DNA from: Diplonema japonicum
Taxonomy: Eukaryota > Protista > Euglenozoa: Diplonemea
NCBI GenBank assembly: GCA_964019335.1
Contig: OZ025662.1
Span: 1 to 64,000, forward strand
DNA length: 64,000 nucleotides
Direction of reading: 5' to 3'
Shown here: positions 42,910 to 53,306 of the stretch, piece after piece
Layout: the number at the start of each line of letters is the position of its first letter
Numbering within the stretch: position 1 is the stretch's first letter
Position numbers and translations under genes: made by a program
The notes under the pieces: generated by a model
What the model was told of the DNA's origin: nothing
Databases searched by the model: none
Seen by the model: only the letters and a program-made list of their open reading frames with translations

Positions 42910-45900
42910 CTAGGGTGCCTCTGACAGCACGCCTGGATCAAGGGGGGGAGAGGGGGGAGGGGATGGGGGGGACACAGCCTCATGGGGCTTCTGCGAGGGA
43001 GGCAGCAGAGGGTTGGTTTGAGAACTGCTAACCGGGCTGATAATCGGCGGGGAGACCAGCGGGGCCTCAGGGGATACGAACGTTGGTTGCAGATTCGTCG
43101 ATGCAGGCATCATGGAGCGCAGCTTGCCATTAGGATCGCTAAGGAGGTCCATCGGGTGCCCGCACTGCGCCACTGCTCCTTTGTCCATCACAACGATATA
43201 GTCCGAGCCTGCCACAGTGGCCATCCTGTGCGCGATCGTGATCACTGTAACGCTCCCCCTCATTCTCCGCAACGTCTTCTGCAGCATCATATCGCTCCAA
43301 GGGTCCACGTGTGCAGTGGGCTCGTCCATGATGATGATCCTCGTCCGTCTCAGCAGCGTCCTTGCTAACGATATCAACTGCTTCTCGCCTGCCGACGCCT
43401 TCTTCTTCATCTCCGTGTACAGCACGCTCTCGTCCAATCCCACCACCCTCAGCACCTCCCCAATTCTGGCATCCGTGTATTGTTCATTCGGATCCAGATT
43501 GCGCCTCACTGTGCCGTCTATGAGCAGTGGCTCTTGAGGGATGACAGCCATATTTTGTCTAAGCTTCTGTAAACCCACAGTTGTGATGTCCACCCCGTCT
43601 ACAAGGATAGACCCACTTGTGGGATCTACTAACCTGAACAGAAGAGTGAGCAGGGAACTCTTCCCCGCCCCTGTCCTTCCAACTACCCCTACTCTCCACC
43701 CGTGTGAGATGTCGATGCTCACGGTGTGCAGTGCTGGCATCAGGCCTTGTCTGTATACCAGCGAGGCTGCATCGAAGCGGATAACACCCTTCTGCGGCCA
43801 CAGTGGCAAGGTGTCATCAACAGGGGCGGACCAGGAGGGCTCTTGAGGGATCACGTTCTCGTTACATTGCAGCAGCCTTTCGAGCGCACTCAGCGATGTC
43901 AGCAACAAAATTGACATGGCTGCGAATAACTGCAAAAAGTAAGGTAGCATGAAAGCATAATGCACAGTCAAACCCACGTCTCCATTGCTTGCTTCTCTGC
44001 CCAGGGATTGGAACAGCAGCGCGACAGTGGCGATCGAGAAAGCGATTGAGATGATGTAGCTTCTGAACATGCCAAGCGTCACCAGCGATGAGGACGCGAA
44101 GGAGACTTCCAGGTATCTGTTGAGCCTGTTGTCGAAGCTCCTGCTGAATTGCTTCTCAAGCCGCATGCTCTGCAGAAGTAGCTTCCCCTTCTGAGAGATT
44201 ATTGTTTGGAATGCGGCATGCAGCAACCCACCTTGTTCAGCTTTCAAATAGTTTATCTCCTTCTCAGGAGTATCGACTGACATGATCAACCACCCGTACC
44301 AGAAGATGCCTGCAATGACTATCAAGACAACAGCGGGCTGCAGAATGCAGAGCACGGTCAGCAGCGTGAGGATCGCAAACAGAGTCGAAAGCCAAGCCTC
44401 GATGAGTAAGGTGAGTGATGTGTCGACCGTACCGAGGTCACTGGTGAACCGTGAGCGGAGTTTCTCAGGAGGGTTGTTTTGGAACCAAGAGAACTGCGCA
44501 CGAAGAACACATGAGATGCAGCCGTCGTGAATAGTTTTGCACGCGGTCATGCAGGCCATGGACACGACACTCCCCTGAAGCAGCAGCACAATAAAATACA
44601 CGACAATGCTCAACCCATATGTCACCATTGGGGACGTGTCGTAGCTATTACTGCCATCGTCTTCCACATCGTCCAGCCAGCGTGCCAAGAACATGTCCGA
44701 GAAGCCCATTACAGCCAACGCGGCAGCAGAAAGCATTGCTGCAGCGACGCTCTTGGCCCACCCCATCCCTTTCAGGTATTGCTTAAAAACGCTCCAACGG
44801 TTTGCCATCCGCTGATCACGAAGGGGTGCTAAGTACTTGCCACACGGTGTGATAATGTCTTCACCATGGCTCTTGACCAATGGCAGGGAGGAAGGTGCTG
44901 ACACAGAGTCGTAAAGAATAGTGAGGGGGCAGTCTTTGTCCTCAAGCAGTACCGAGGGGTCCCCCTGGCAAACCACCTTCCCGCTGTTCACCAACATGAC
45001 ATGATCAAATCTGCGTAGGTATTCCAGCTGGTTCAATGCCATTACCACAGTCTTGCTGTTTTCCTTCCGGGTGTAAGGACACAGGAGCTGGTCGAAGATT
45101 GCAGAGCCCACAATAGGATCAACCGACGCAAGTGGGTCGTCCAGCACAAGGAGATCAGGTTCGCCGTAGATCGCGCGTGTCAGGCAGATGCGCAGAGCCT
45201 GGCCACCCGAAATTGGGAAGCCGCCTTCCCCAACAGGCGTCTCGAGGCCATGTGGCAACTGGTTGACGTCAAGGATGAGGCTGGTTGCCCTGATGGATGC
45301 ATCGAGCCTGTCGTCATCGCGACTCCTGCCTACCAAGATGTTGAACAGCACAGTGCCCTTCATGACGTGAGCTATCTGCGGCACGTACCCGACACTGTCT
45401 GATGCCACTGACGCTTCGCCTCCTGCCAACTCCAAGCCGCCCAGCAGCGCAGCTAACAGTGATGACTTGCCCGAGCCAACCCTGCCCACGACAGCAACCA
45501 TCGAACCTTTCTTCAACAAGCATGACACCTCTTTCAAAATCGGTTCTTCTGACTCGGCCCATCTGAATGATGCATTTACCAAGCGAACCGGATTGTCTTG
45601 TTCCGCAGGTGCTAGTGACGGGGCCACCGATGTGTTTAAGAAGTTTTGAGCATTTTCAATGCACTTTCGGAAGCTCGCCGCCTGTGAGAACATGATGGGG
45701 ACGAAGACAAATGCTTGCCTGAGAGACTGGAAAGCCGACAGCAGCGCGAACACATCGCTAGCTACCATCTTGCTGGTCCCAGACAGGAAGAGGATGGTAA
45801 CTGCTGCTGACATCGCCGGCCCCGCCCTGCCAATCTGGATGGAAACAAGATGCAGGGATGCTTGCTTTCCAATGAGTTTGAGTTCCTTGGTACGCGCTGC

Positions 45901-46719
45901 AGAAATAAGACCTTCGAAACACTGCTCCCAAGACGAAAGTTTGATTGCTTTGATGGATTTTACCATGTTCAGCATCACAGACACACGCTTTCCCGAAGCC
46001 GCCACTCTGTCTACTTCCACTTCTTTTGTTAGCATGCTCACCTTTATACCGCATAAAAAGAGAAGAATAGCTGCAGACATCCCGAAGACGCCGTACACAC
46101 CTGTCATGGCAATGACGACAGTCACCGAGGACACCATAGACACCATCGCTATCACAAGCAGAGAGGCTGTTTTCAAACCCTCGTGGTGGTGCAGCACGTC
46201 CGGTAGCAGCCCTGGGGGGGTTGTCCCAGAGACAACGACCGCTTTCCGGCGAATGAGCCTGCACAAAGTAAAGGTCCACCCGCACCCGAAGCGGTCGCAG
46301 AACATGTGCTTTGCTTGTGCAACGCAGATTGCCTCTATGATAAAAATCAATGCTATGACAGCAACCAGCACTGCTGCGAGTGTGTCGTCATCGTCGTTGA
46401 TGGCCCTCACAAGATACAACAGAACAAGCGGACGTGCAAGGGACTGGGACAGACCAGCACCGACCGATGCAACAGTTCCCTTTATCAGGTCCTTGCGGAA
46501 CACTGTTCTCAATGTCTCGGCTACTGATCCTGTTGATTCCCACGTCTCGTCCACAGCAGCTCCTAAGACACGGTCACTAAGGTCATCAGGCAGGGCTGGC
46601 ACGTCTTGCTCCTTCACATCCTTCCCCAGCAACGAGGTCACCCATCGCAGCAAAAGAGTCGCCCCGAACCGCTTGTGGCTATCTTCAGCGTGCTCCATAG
46701 AAGAGCACCCTCCTGTCAT
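42910..46719 (-). CDS. ABC transporter subfamily C (MRP-like), full transporter
   Basis: TMD-NBD-TMD-NBD layout. Walker A GRVGSGKS and GRTGAGKS, signatures ISGGQ and SAGEKQ, Walker B LVLDDP and IIMDEP, WPQKG, IPQEP, TIAHR. Start at 46719 or 46746. Confidence 0.95.
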   Translation of the reverse strand: MTGGCSSMEHAEDSHKRFGATLLLRWVTSLLGKDVKEQDVPALPDDLSDRVLGAAVDETWESTGSVAETLRTVFRKDLIKGTVASVGAGLSQSLARPLVLLYLVRAINDDDDTLAAVLVAVIALIFIIEAICVAQAKHMFCDRFGCGWTFTLCRLIRRKAVVVSGTTPPGLLPDVLHHHEGLKTASLLVIAMVSMVSSVTVVIAMTGVYGVFGMSAAILLFLCGIKVSMLTKEVEVDRVAASGKRVSVMLNMVKSIKAIKLSSWEQCFEGLISAARTKELKLIGKQASLHLVSIQIGRAGPAMSAAVTILFLSGTSKMVASDVFALLSAFQSLRQAFVFVPIMFSQAASFRKCIENAQNFLNTSVAPSLAPAEQDNPVRLVNASFRWAESEEPILKEVSCLLKKGSMVAVVGRVGSGKSSLLAALLGGLELAGGEASVASDSVGYVPQIAHVMKGTVLFNILVGRSRDDDRLDASIRATSLILDVNQLPHGLETPVGEGGFPISGGQALRICLTRAIYGEPDLLVLDDPLASVDPIVGSAIFDQLLCPYTRKENSKTVVMALNQLEYLRRFDHVMLVNSGKVVCQGDPSVLLEDKDCPLTILYDSVSAPSSLPLVKSHGEDIITPCGKYLAPLRDQRMANRWSVFKQYLKGMGWAKSVAAAMLSAAALAVMGFSDMFLARWLDDVEDDGSNSYDTSPMVTYGLSIVVYFIVLLLQGSVVSMACMTACKTIHDGCISCVLRAQFSWFQNNPPEKLRSRFTSDLGTVDTSLTLLIEAWLSTLFAILTLLTVLCILQPAVVLIVIAGIFWYGWLIMSVDTPEKEINYLKAEQGGLLHAAFQTIISQKGKLLLQSMRLEKQFSRSFDNRLNRYLEVSFASSSLVTLGMFRSYIISIAFSIATVALLFQSLGREASNGDVGLTVHYAFMLPYFLQLFAAMSILLLTSLSALERLLQCNENVIPQEPSWSAPVDDTLPLWPQKGVIRFDAASLVYRQGLMPALHTVSIDISHGWRVGVVGRTGAGKSSLLTLLFRLVDPTSGSILVDGVDITTVGLQKLRQNMAVIPQEPLLIDGTVRRNLDPNEQYTDARIGEVLRVVGLDESVLYTEMKKKASAGEKQLISLARTLLRRTRIIIMDEPTAHVDPWSDMMLQKTLRRMRGSVTVITIAHRMATVAGSDYIVVMDKGAVAQCGHPMDLLSDPNGKLRSMMPASTNLQPTFVSPEAPLVSPPIISPVSSSQTNPLLPPSQKPHEAVSPPSPPPSPPLDPGVLSEAP

Positions 46720-46812
46720 GGTGTAGGTAGAAGGAAAAAGGAACATGAAAATGAGTACTCGAGAGCACCTTTGTTAGAAAACAAAGTAGCCCATCACTCC
46801 TGGCTGAGAGTG

Positions 46813-47850
46813 TTACACAGCAACTACATTAAGCTGGGTTGCCAAAGATGCTAGGGGACGCGCGTTTAACGTACGAGTCCGCTGGAACGCAAGGTCACGT
46901 GCACGACGTTCACGGAGCTGAGCTTCCCACGGAGGCTCGGGGGTGTGCCGCGGGGTGTGCGCGTCGACATTGTTCTGCGTGTTATACAGCTGCAGCTTCA
47001 GTTTCAGCAGCTCCTCCCCTGCGGGCGTAAGGGGCTTGTCGTTGGGGGCAGTCAGGGAAATGTTCTCCAGTGGTAACTCACCAAATACATTCTGCTGGTC
47101 ATCTTCCCGCAGATGGCTGTTGATCTTCTTAAAGGTGCTCTCCGCCTCTACATATGTCTTAGTCACAAGCTCAAGAGTGACTTGGCCGTCTTCGCCCTCA
47201 GTCTCCAACAAACAGCCTTCAGCGATCTCGTCTTTGAGCATGCCAGAGAGCACCTGACCGATTTTCAGCTTCATGTTGACCCACTCTCTGCGGACCGGAG
47301 GCTTCTGAACAGTTATTTTGATACCGCCTTGTGATGGCGACACGAAAGGTTGGTCGTCGACTGTCTTTTTCACGGTAGTTGGGGTCTCGAAGATCTCAGA
47401 CGGGGTGACGACTTCGTCGATGTTCGAGTAACGCATCACAAAATTATACGCCAGCTGTATGCGCGACATTTCGATGAAGGTGCGCAGCTGTGTCTCGCTC
47501 TTGTTGAGGGCAGCGATGACCTTGTTGCTCTCTTGGATCTTGAAAACAAGATCACTATTCTTGTTTCGTAGATCGATGACTTCCTGTCGCAGCTCTGCCG
47601 TCTCTGCCTCATGTTTCAGCTTCACTGTCTGCAACTTGCCATTCAAGTCTGCGTTCATCTTCTCTACGTTTGTGAGGGACGAGAGCTGTACCTTCATCTT
47701 TGACACCTCCGATTGTAACATCACAATTTCTGCCAGAAGCTTCTCTGCATCGTTCCTGTTGGACGCAAGGGGCGTCTTCACCTTCAGAAGATCGACGGCT
47801 TTTATCATCTTCGATCCTCGGGCCGGGGTGCTGATACGGCTGGCCGGCAT
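46813..47850 (-). CDS. Hypothetical coiled-coil protein
   Basis: Uninterrupted ORF with a heptad-rich N-terminal half. Likely start MPASRI at 47850. Confidence 0.7.
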   Translation of the reverse strand: MPASRISTPARGSKMIKAVDLLKVKTPLASNRNDAEKLLAEIVMLQSEVSKMKVQLSSLTNVEKMNADLNGKLQTVKLKHEAETAELRQEVIDLRNKNSDLVFKIQESNKVIAALNKSETQLRTFIEMSRIQLAYNFVMRYSNIDEVVTPSEIFETPTTVKKTVDDQPFVSPSQGGIKITVQKPPVRREWVNMKLKIGQVLSGMLKDEIAEGCLLETEGEDGQVTLELVTKTYVEAESTFKKINSHLREDDQQNVFGELPLENISLTAPNDKPLTPAGEELLKLKLQLYNTQNNVDAHTPRHTPEPPWEAQLRERRARDLAFQRTRTLNARPLASLATQLNVVAV

Positions 47851-47921
47851 CTTCCTAAGACGCGGTTCTGTAAGGCTGTTTCTTGTATCACAGAAATGAA
47901 AAAGAACGGGAAAGGAAGCTA

Positions 47922-49088
47922 TCAACGTACCCCCTTCCCACGTAGAAACAGTGGCTTTGGATTGAGTGTCGTGGATGTCCTTGCAGGTCTTTCACGTGTC
48001 CTTGACGGGGGGCGCCCGCCCGGAAGAAGTCGAGGTGGGGGCTGCTGCCTGCCTGCTCTCCCAGCAGGGGAGGCTGTTCGAGAGGACGACCGCGGGCGCT
48101 GTGTCGCTTCAGAAACCACTGTCCGCAAGGAAAGGTCGGGGTTGATGACCCACTTGCTTTGGGGTGCTGCCTCAGGGCTTGGAGGCCTTGCTGCTTGGGC
48201 CAGCTCCACGAACAAGTCGTACCGCTCATCGTTCTTTCTAAACTCCTGGAAGTGCGCCCAGCACTCCCACCATTCCCCGTCTGTCTTTATAAGTATCATG
48301 TCCTCGTTGATGTCTTTGTATTTCACGATCAGCGTTTCCTCCTGTTCTAGAAAGTTCTGCAGGTGCAGGTGCACCTTCTCGAAGCAAGCAATAGGTGACA
48401 CAGTAGTCACTCTTATATCGTTTGAAAAGTGTATCTTCACCCGTTTGAGGGACCTCTCATGAAGACCCGACCAAGCGACGTCCAGCTTTGAAGATGGGGG
48501 AAGCTGGCGGAGTAGAGCAGCAGCCTCGGCAGGTGGCAAACCAGAAGATGTCGCCACGACACTCGCCACTGCCTTGTCCTTGATGGCGGCATGAAGGGCG
48601 GGTAGAGAGCTTGTTATGGCGTTGGAGTCGGCAGGTGACCAGTAGCCAGGCAAGGTGAGGGAGGGAAAGGTATGTATTGCACAATCTACTTTCGCGATCT
48701 CTATAAACTGTTTGGAGTCGATAAGGTGCGTTGTTGCCTCAAAATGTTCTTCGAGCTCTCCGAGAAGCTCATGTTCACACCTCTTATTAAGCTCAACGCA
48801 GATGTCAAGCAGCACCCGTGCAGTGTCCATTTCAGGCTGCTCTTCTATCACTTTCTTAACTAGCATGCTCATTCTACTCAACTCCTGTACCTTCCCCTCA
48901 ACACTCCTCCTCAGCTTCGACACAACAGGACTTGATGCTGCCGTCCGCTTCGAATCTCCTTTCCGCTTCGCCTCCTTCAATCGGTACAAGGCAGCCTCTC
49001 TTTCAAGCCCCTCGTGCACAGACAACACAGAGCGTAGATATTCCGCTACGCTTGGCTCAGCAACTCTGTCAGGGTTTCGCCGCATCAT
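47922..49088 (-). CDS. Hypothetical protein
   Basis: ORF of about 390 codons, collinear with its neighbours, with a basic/Pro-rich tail. No family recognised. Confidence 0.7.
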   Translation of the reverse strand: MMRRNPDRVAEPSVAEYLRSVLSVHEGLEREAALYRLKEAKRKGDSKRTAASSPVVSKLRRSVEGKVQELSRMSMLVKKVIEEQPEMDTARVLLDICVELNKRCEHELLGELEEHFEATTHLIDSKQFIEIAKVDCAIHTFPSLTLPGYWSPADSNAITSSLPALHAAIKDKAVASVVATSSGLPPAEAAALLRQLPPSSKLDVAWSGLHERSLKRVKIHFSNDIRVTTVSPIACFEKVHLHLQNFLEQEETLIVKYKDINEDMILIKTDGEWWECWAHFQEFRKNDERYDLFVELAQAARPPSPEAAPQSKWVINPDLSLRTVVSEATQRPRSSSRTASPAGRAGRQQPPPRLLPGGRPPSRTRERPARTSTTLNPKPLFLRGKGVR

Positions 49089-49151
49089 GCCTCCTACGTG
49101 TGCTACACAATGCACAACATAAGTGAAATAATACTAATAAATGCTAAACTT

Positions 49152-50066
49152 TCATTCGAGCAGCCCTTCCTCATAGGCTAGGCGGATCAGCTGGTCGCGG
49201 AATGACTGGTTGGATAGGATAATAGGGCGCTGTGTGTGCACGTGTATGAGGGCTTTTGTGAGAGGCCATCTGTGGTACTTGACAAGGTAGGCGACACAGA
49301 TGGCAGCCGATCTGTTTACTCCCGCATAGCAGTGCACGAGAACGACACTCTTTTCCTTTTCGACTGATGAAATAAATTCAGCGGCCTCCTCGAGGTGCAT
49401 GTGTAGGAGGGGGTACTCATCAATGTCTTCGGCTTCGAAGCCGTGGTATCTTTGGCGGTGGTGCGTGTGATGTGCCTTTGTGGTGTCACCCAGGCAGTTC
49501 AGAATAGCAGTGATGCACTTGTACTTCTTTGGGGAAGCCTTTGCCTGCTTGAGGTTTCCAAGGTATATGTGGTTGGTAATCTTGGCAGGTGCATCAAGCA
49601 GCTCAGAGCTCCTGTCTGTTGTGAGGATGCTGTGCAGTTTGCGGAACCACTCGTTAGCCACAGAAGGGAGCAAATCAGAAATGGGAGTCCCTTCATTCTC
49701 GGAGCGCCTCTTGAGTTCGTTTTCAAGCCACTCCTGAACATCAGGAAGGTGCAGGTTGGAAGCGAGGTTTAAGGGCGTGAGGTGGCGTTCGGTCTGCAGA
49801 GAAGTGCAGGGCTTCATAAGGCTGGCACCTTTTGAAGCAAGCATCTTGATTACTTCTAAGGACAACACCTCATTTCCACTGCGCCACATGCCTCGTATGC
49901 AATGTGTCAGCGGTGTGTGCCGGTGCTCGTAACACGCCATCCTGCCATCCCACAGGGCGTCATCCCCAGCACACCCCCTGTCGAAGATGGTAGTATCGGT
50001 GCAGCCCTCCTTTACGACCTTTTCGATATGTGCGTGTAGCTCCTCATTTGTGATGGACTCAACCAT
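49152..50066 (-). CDS. Dual-specificity phosphatase with ankyrin-like N-terminus
   Basis: Active site VHCYAGVNRSA, plus AYLV, IYLGN and NQSFRDQL. N-terminal TPLTH..VIKMLASKGA..TPLNLA is ankyrin-like. Confidence 0.88.
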   Translation of the reverse strand: MVESITNEELHAHIEKVVKEGCTDTTIFDRGCAGDDALWDGRMACYEHRHTPLTHCIRGMWRSGNEVLSLEVIKMLASKGASLMKPCTSLQTERHLTPLNLASNLHLPDVQEWLENELKRRSENEGTPISDLLPSVANEWFRKLHSILTTDRSSELLDAPAKITNHIYLGNLKQAKASPKKYKCITAILNCLGDTTKAHHTHHRQRYHGFEAEDIDEYPLLHMHLEEAAEFISSVEKEKSVVLVHCYAGVNRSAAICVAYLVKYHRWPLTKALIHVHTQRPIILSNQSFRDQLIRLAYEEGLLE

Positions 50067-50174
50067 GTTTCTGTGGCGTGTGGAATAAGAAAGACTAGCT
50101 AAATATCTAATTAAACTTACTATCTATGTTAACTACAAACTTGAATTGAATGGTAAGATAGGGGCCACGATAGG

Positions 50175-52064
50175 TTAGCAGTACAGGAACCGTATGTTCG
50201 CATATGAGATTGTGGACTCTGCCCTAGGGTAAACGTCGAAAGCAAGAACGTTGGCAACAGGAGTATCACGGAAAGCTTGTTCAGAGAGGAGCTTTTTAGA
50301 GCCAAGGAAAAGGGAGTAGCACTGCCGGGACCAGGAGAAGCCAATGGTGATGGTGTGCCACTCGTTGGGTGTCAGAGGGAAGGAAGCAGCCGTTGTGGGT
50401 ACGTACAGTGATCCCTGGTCAATCGAAATGCTAATAGACCGTAGCCTGCCTGCGTCCCTGCACGTAATGTACTCTGTGACAGTGGTGCTGCAGACCCTTA
50501 CATCGAATACTAGTTGGTTGGGCCTGATAGGCGACGGGAACATGTAATAAATCGGTCCCGACTCTCCGAACAGAGTTGTGTTGACGGTGTCCGCAGTCTC
50601 CACGTGATGGGGTGGGTTCAGAAAGACCACTTGCGCGGTATTACTGTCACCTTGCTCTTCGTCTTCGTCATCTCTAAGAACCTGTTGTAGGTAGGCCTCT
50701 TCTTTATCGGCAACAGCTTTCGCCGCTATCTCCAGCTCGGTCTTCTCGAGTTGCTCTTTGCATAGAGCAAGTGCTTCATCCTTCGCCTTTAATTCTACCT
50801 TCAGCTTCCCAAGTTCTGCTCTCCGCTTCATCTCCTCTTGTGCTTGGGTCCTTCTTATGTTAGCCAGAAAGCTTTCCTTGTCCTTCTCCGAACGGAGCTC
50901 TTCTTGTGTGACGTGCAAGGTTTTCTTCACTTCGATTAGTTCTGTCTCGAGCTTTCTGTAGTCCATGTGCAGGTCAGCTTTCGCCCTTGCAGCATCTTCT
51001 AACTGCAAATTCAGTCTGTTGACGGTTTCTCTAGCAGCTTCTAGTTCCTCGTTCAGCGCCTTAACTTCTACAGGTGCATCTGTGGACTGCACTGCATGCA
51101 GCGCTGTGTGCAACGGCTGTTCCTCTAGCAAGCGTAATTTCTCGGTAAGGCTGTGCATAGCGCTATCACGTGTTCGTAGAGTTTGCCGCAGCTTTGCGTT
51201 CTGCTCTGTGAACTCAATGTTTAGTTCAGTGAGACGTTCGACCTCATCATTCGTGGGGCTAGGCGAGCTCCTGCTTGTTTTGCTCTTGTTGGGCCACTTG
51301 CCCTTCTTTGTGGTTGGCGACGCAAACGACGACGTCAAGCCAAAGAAACTCCTGTTCTGCGACTCATCAAAGGCAACGAACTCGGCCCCTGCCACAGACG
51401 GTGTTTGTGGAGGTAATGTGAAGGAAAGGTCAGTGTCAGTAGTAGGGCTCGCTGACTCAGGCGCTTTGTTGGGCTTCACAGACAGTGCCTTTGCCTTCAC
51501 TTTCTCGATTATTCTGCTAACATTCCCGGAACTCCTTGCCCTTTGTGCTTGGCGAGACTCTTGCACATCGTGGGCATGCACTACAAGCATGTAAAGCCTT
51601 ATGTCCTTCCTGTCTTCAAGCAAATAGTCCTGCACCAGCGTGTTGAAGTCATCCTTCGACAGGTTCATGGTCTGCACCACAGCTCCGAGCATATCATCCA
51701 CCTCCGCGCCCGTCAAAGGGAGCGGGGTGTCCTTGATGCTAGTTAGGAAACTCTTCATGTCAGACTTCGAGACCTTCCCGTCCTTGTTTGTATCAACTAT
51801 GGAAAATATTTCGTTTGCAAACAACATTCTAAGTTTTTCGAGTTGTCTCTCACTGCTGCCCTGCTGGCAGGTTTCCCTTGCACGCCCTAAGATATATGCA
51901 AACTTATCCAGAGTTATCTCCTCTCCATCCCACCATTCTGTCAACTGTTCCTTCGTTACTTTTCGCCTTCCAGGCAACTTCTGCAGCAAGCCCCACATCT
52001 CCTCCCATCCCACCTCGCCCGTCCTTCGCTTTACCATCAAATAGCATTCTCGAAGGTCGCTCAT
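50175..52064 (-). CDS. EF-hand, coiled-coil and C-terminal beta-sandwich protein
   Basis: Canonical EF loop DTNKDGKVSKSD, long coiled coil, beta-rich C-terminus (NEWHTITIGFSW). Confidence 0.75.
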   Translation of the reverse strand: MSDLRECYLMVKRRTGEVGWEEMWGLLQKLPGRRKVTKEQLTEWWDGEEITLDKFAYILGRARETCQQGSSERQLEKLRMLFANEIFSIVDTNKDGKVSKSDMKSFLTSIKDTPLPLTGAEVDDMLGAVVQTMNLSKDDFNTLVQDYLLEDRKDIRLYMLVVHAHDVQESRQAQRARSSGNVSRIIEKVKAKALSVKPNKAPESASPTTDTDLSFTLPPQTPSVAGAEFVAFDESQNRSFFGLTSSFASPTTKKGKWPNKSKTSRSSPSPTNDEVERLTELNIEFTEQNAKLRQTLRTRDSAMHSLTEKLRLLEEQPLHTALHAVQSTDAPVEVKALNEELEAARETVNRLNLQLEDAARAKADLHMDYRKLETELIEVKKTLHVTQEELRSEKDKESFLANIRRTQAQEEMKRRAELGKLKVELKAKDEALALCKEQLEKTELEIAAKAVADKEEAYLQQVLRDDEDEEQGDSNTAQVVFLNPPHHVETADTVNTTLFGESGPIYYMFPSPIRPNQLVFDVRVCSTTVTEYITCRDAGRLRSISISIDQGSLYVPTTAASFPLTPNEWHTITIGFSWSRQCYSLFLGSKKLLSEQAFRDTPVANVLAFDVYPRAESTISYANIRFLYC

Positions 52065-52142
52065 TGTCCACCTTGGTGCATAGCAATAGGGGAACGGGGA
52101 AAAAAAGCGTTACTAATGCAAGATGGTAAAGGCGTCGCCTTG

Positions 52143-52955
52143 TTACTGTTCTGTGAAGTAGCTGAAACGCAGAACTTCTTCAGCGGTGGGTCTGCGGGCG
52201 GGGTTGTATTTGAGTATCGCAGCAACAACATCAGTGGCCCGCTTAGAGCGGAGGTTCAAAGATGTCGCACGCTGTTCTGCATGGGACAATGGACCTATCT
52301 GAGCGGCAATGCGGCTCAGCATGTCGCTTGTTGTGGTCCCGGGGAACACGGGTTCTAAAGTTATTACCTCACACATGATGGTTGCAGCGGCCCATATATC
52401 TATGGGAAAGGAGTAGTCACATTGCTGCAAGAGGAGCTCTGGGGCGCGATACCACCTGGTGGAGATGTAGGTTGTGCTGAACGGCTCGGGGCTGTGTCGT
52501 GTCGCCATCCCAAAGTCAGCAATCTTGACCACGCTGCATGTTTGCCTTGTGTCACCCGACACGAGCAAGTTTTCCGGCTTTAGGTCCCTGTGGATGATCC
52601 CTTTGCTGTGGATGTACTTCAGACCGCTGAACACCTGCCACATCATATCGCGTGCCTTGCTGCCGCTCAGCAACCCTTTCTTCATGATGTGGAAAACGTC
52701 GCTGTCGCAGTGTTCGAACACCAGGTAGACGGACACGCCCTCACGCACCACTTCACGTAAGCGGATGACGTTCGGGTGTGAAAGCTCCTTGAGGGTAACT
52801 ACTTCAGGGTGGTTCAGCACTGCATTCCAGGTATCAATGGCACCCTTTAACTTTTTCACAGCCACTGTATCGCCCGTTTGTGTGTGCTGTGCTCTGTAGA
52901 CTACACCGTATGCACCGTTCCCAAGCTGCTCCTGCAGCGTGTAACTACGGGTCAT
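52143..52955 (-). CDS. CMGC Ser/Thr kinase, MAK/ICK (RCK) family
   Basis: Motifs LGNGAYG, VAVKK, HPNVIRLREVVRE, LVFEHC, HRDLKPEN, DFG and TTYISTRWYRAPE. Confidence 0.9.
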   Translation of the reverse strand: MTRSYTLQEQLGNGAYGVVYRAQHTQTGDTVAVKKLKGAIDTWNAVLNHPEVVTLKELSHPNVIRLREVVREGVSVYLVFEHCDSDVFHIMKKGLLSGSKARDMMWQVFSGLKYIHSKGIIHRDLKPENLLVSGDTRQTCSVVKIADFGMATRHSPEPFSTTYISTRWYRAPELLLQQCDYSFPIDIWAAATIMCEVITLEPVFPGTTTSDMLSRIAAQIGPLSHAEQRATSLNLRSKRATDVVAAILKYNPARRPTAEEVLRFSYFTEQ

Positions 52956-53306
52956 TTTATGCCCTGTGGGTGTTCTGCAACTCGTAGTGCCTTGCAGCTC
53001 AACCTTACGGCTGTAAAGCACGTTATGGTAACGGTTTCCGCTTAGAAGTTCTCCGCTTGTCTTCCTGCTTAACAGAAGGTGTCCTTAACGGCAACCTCCG
53101 GGTGGCCCTACGCGAGTTAACTCAGCAGATGGACGCTTGCATAGTTACAACGTGTATCCTGTGAACAGTCACGAGTGAAGGGACATTGCTACATTCGCAA
53201 TACTTACGCTTCCGCTACTTTGTGCTCTTGCTGCTTCAGCCACAGCCGGATATTAGAATTCTGTGTGAGTGGTTTGTTTAGCCCCTTTCTGTTCCCTTCT
53301 TTTTAT

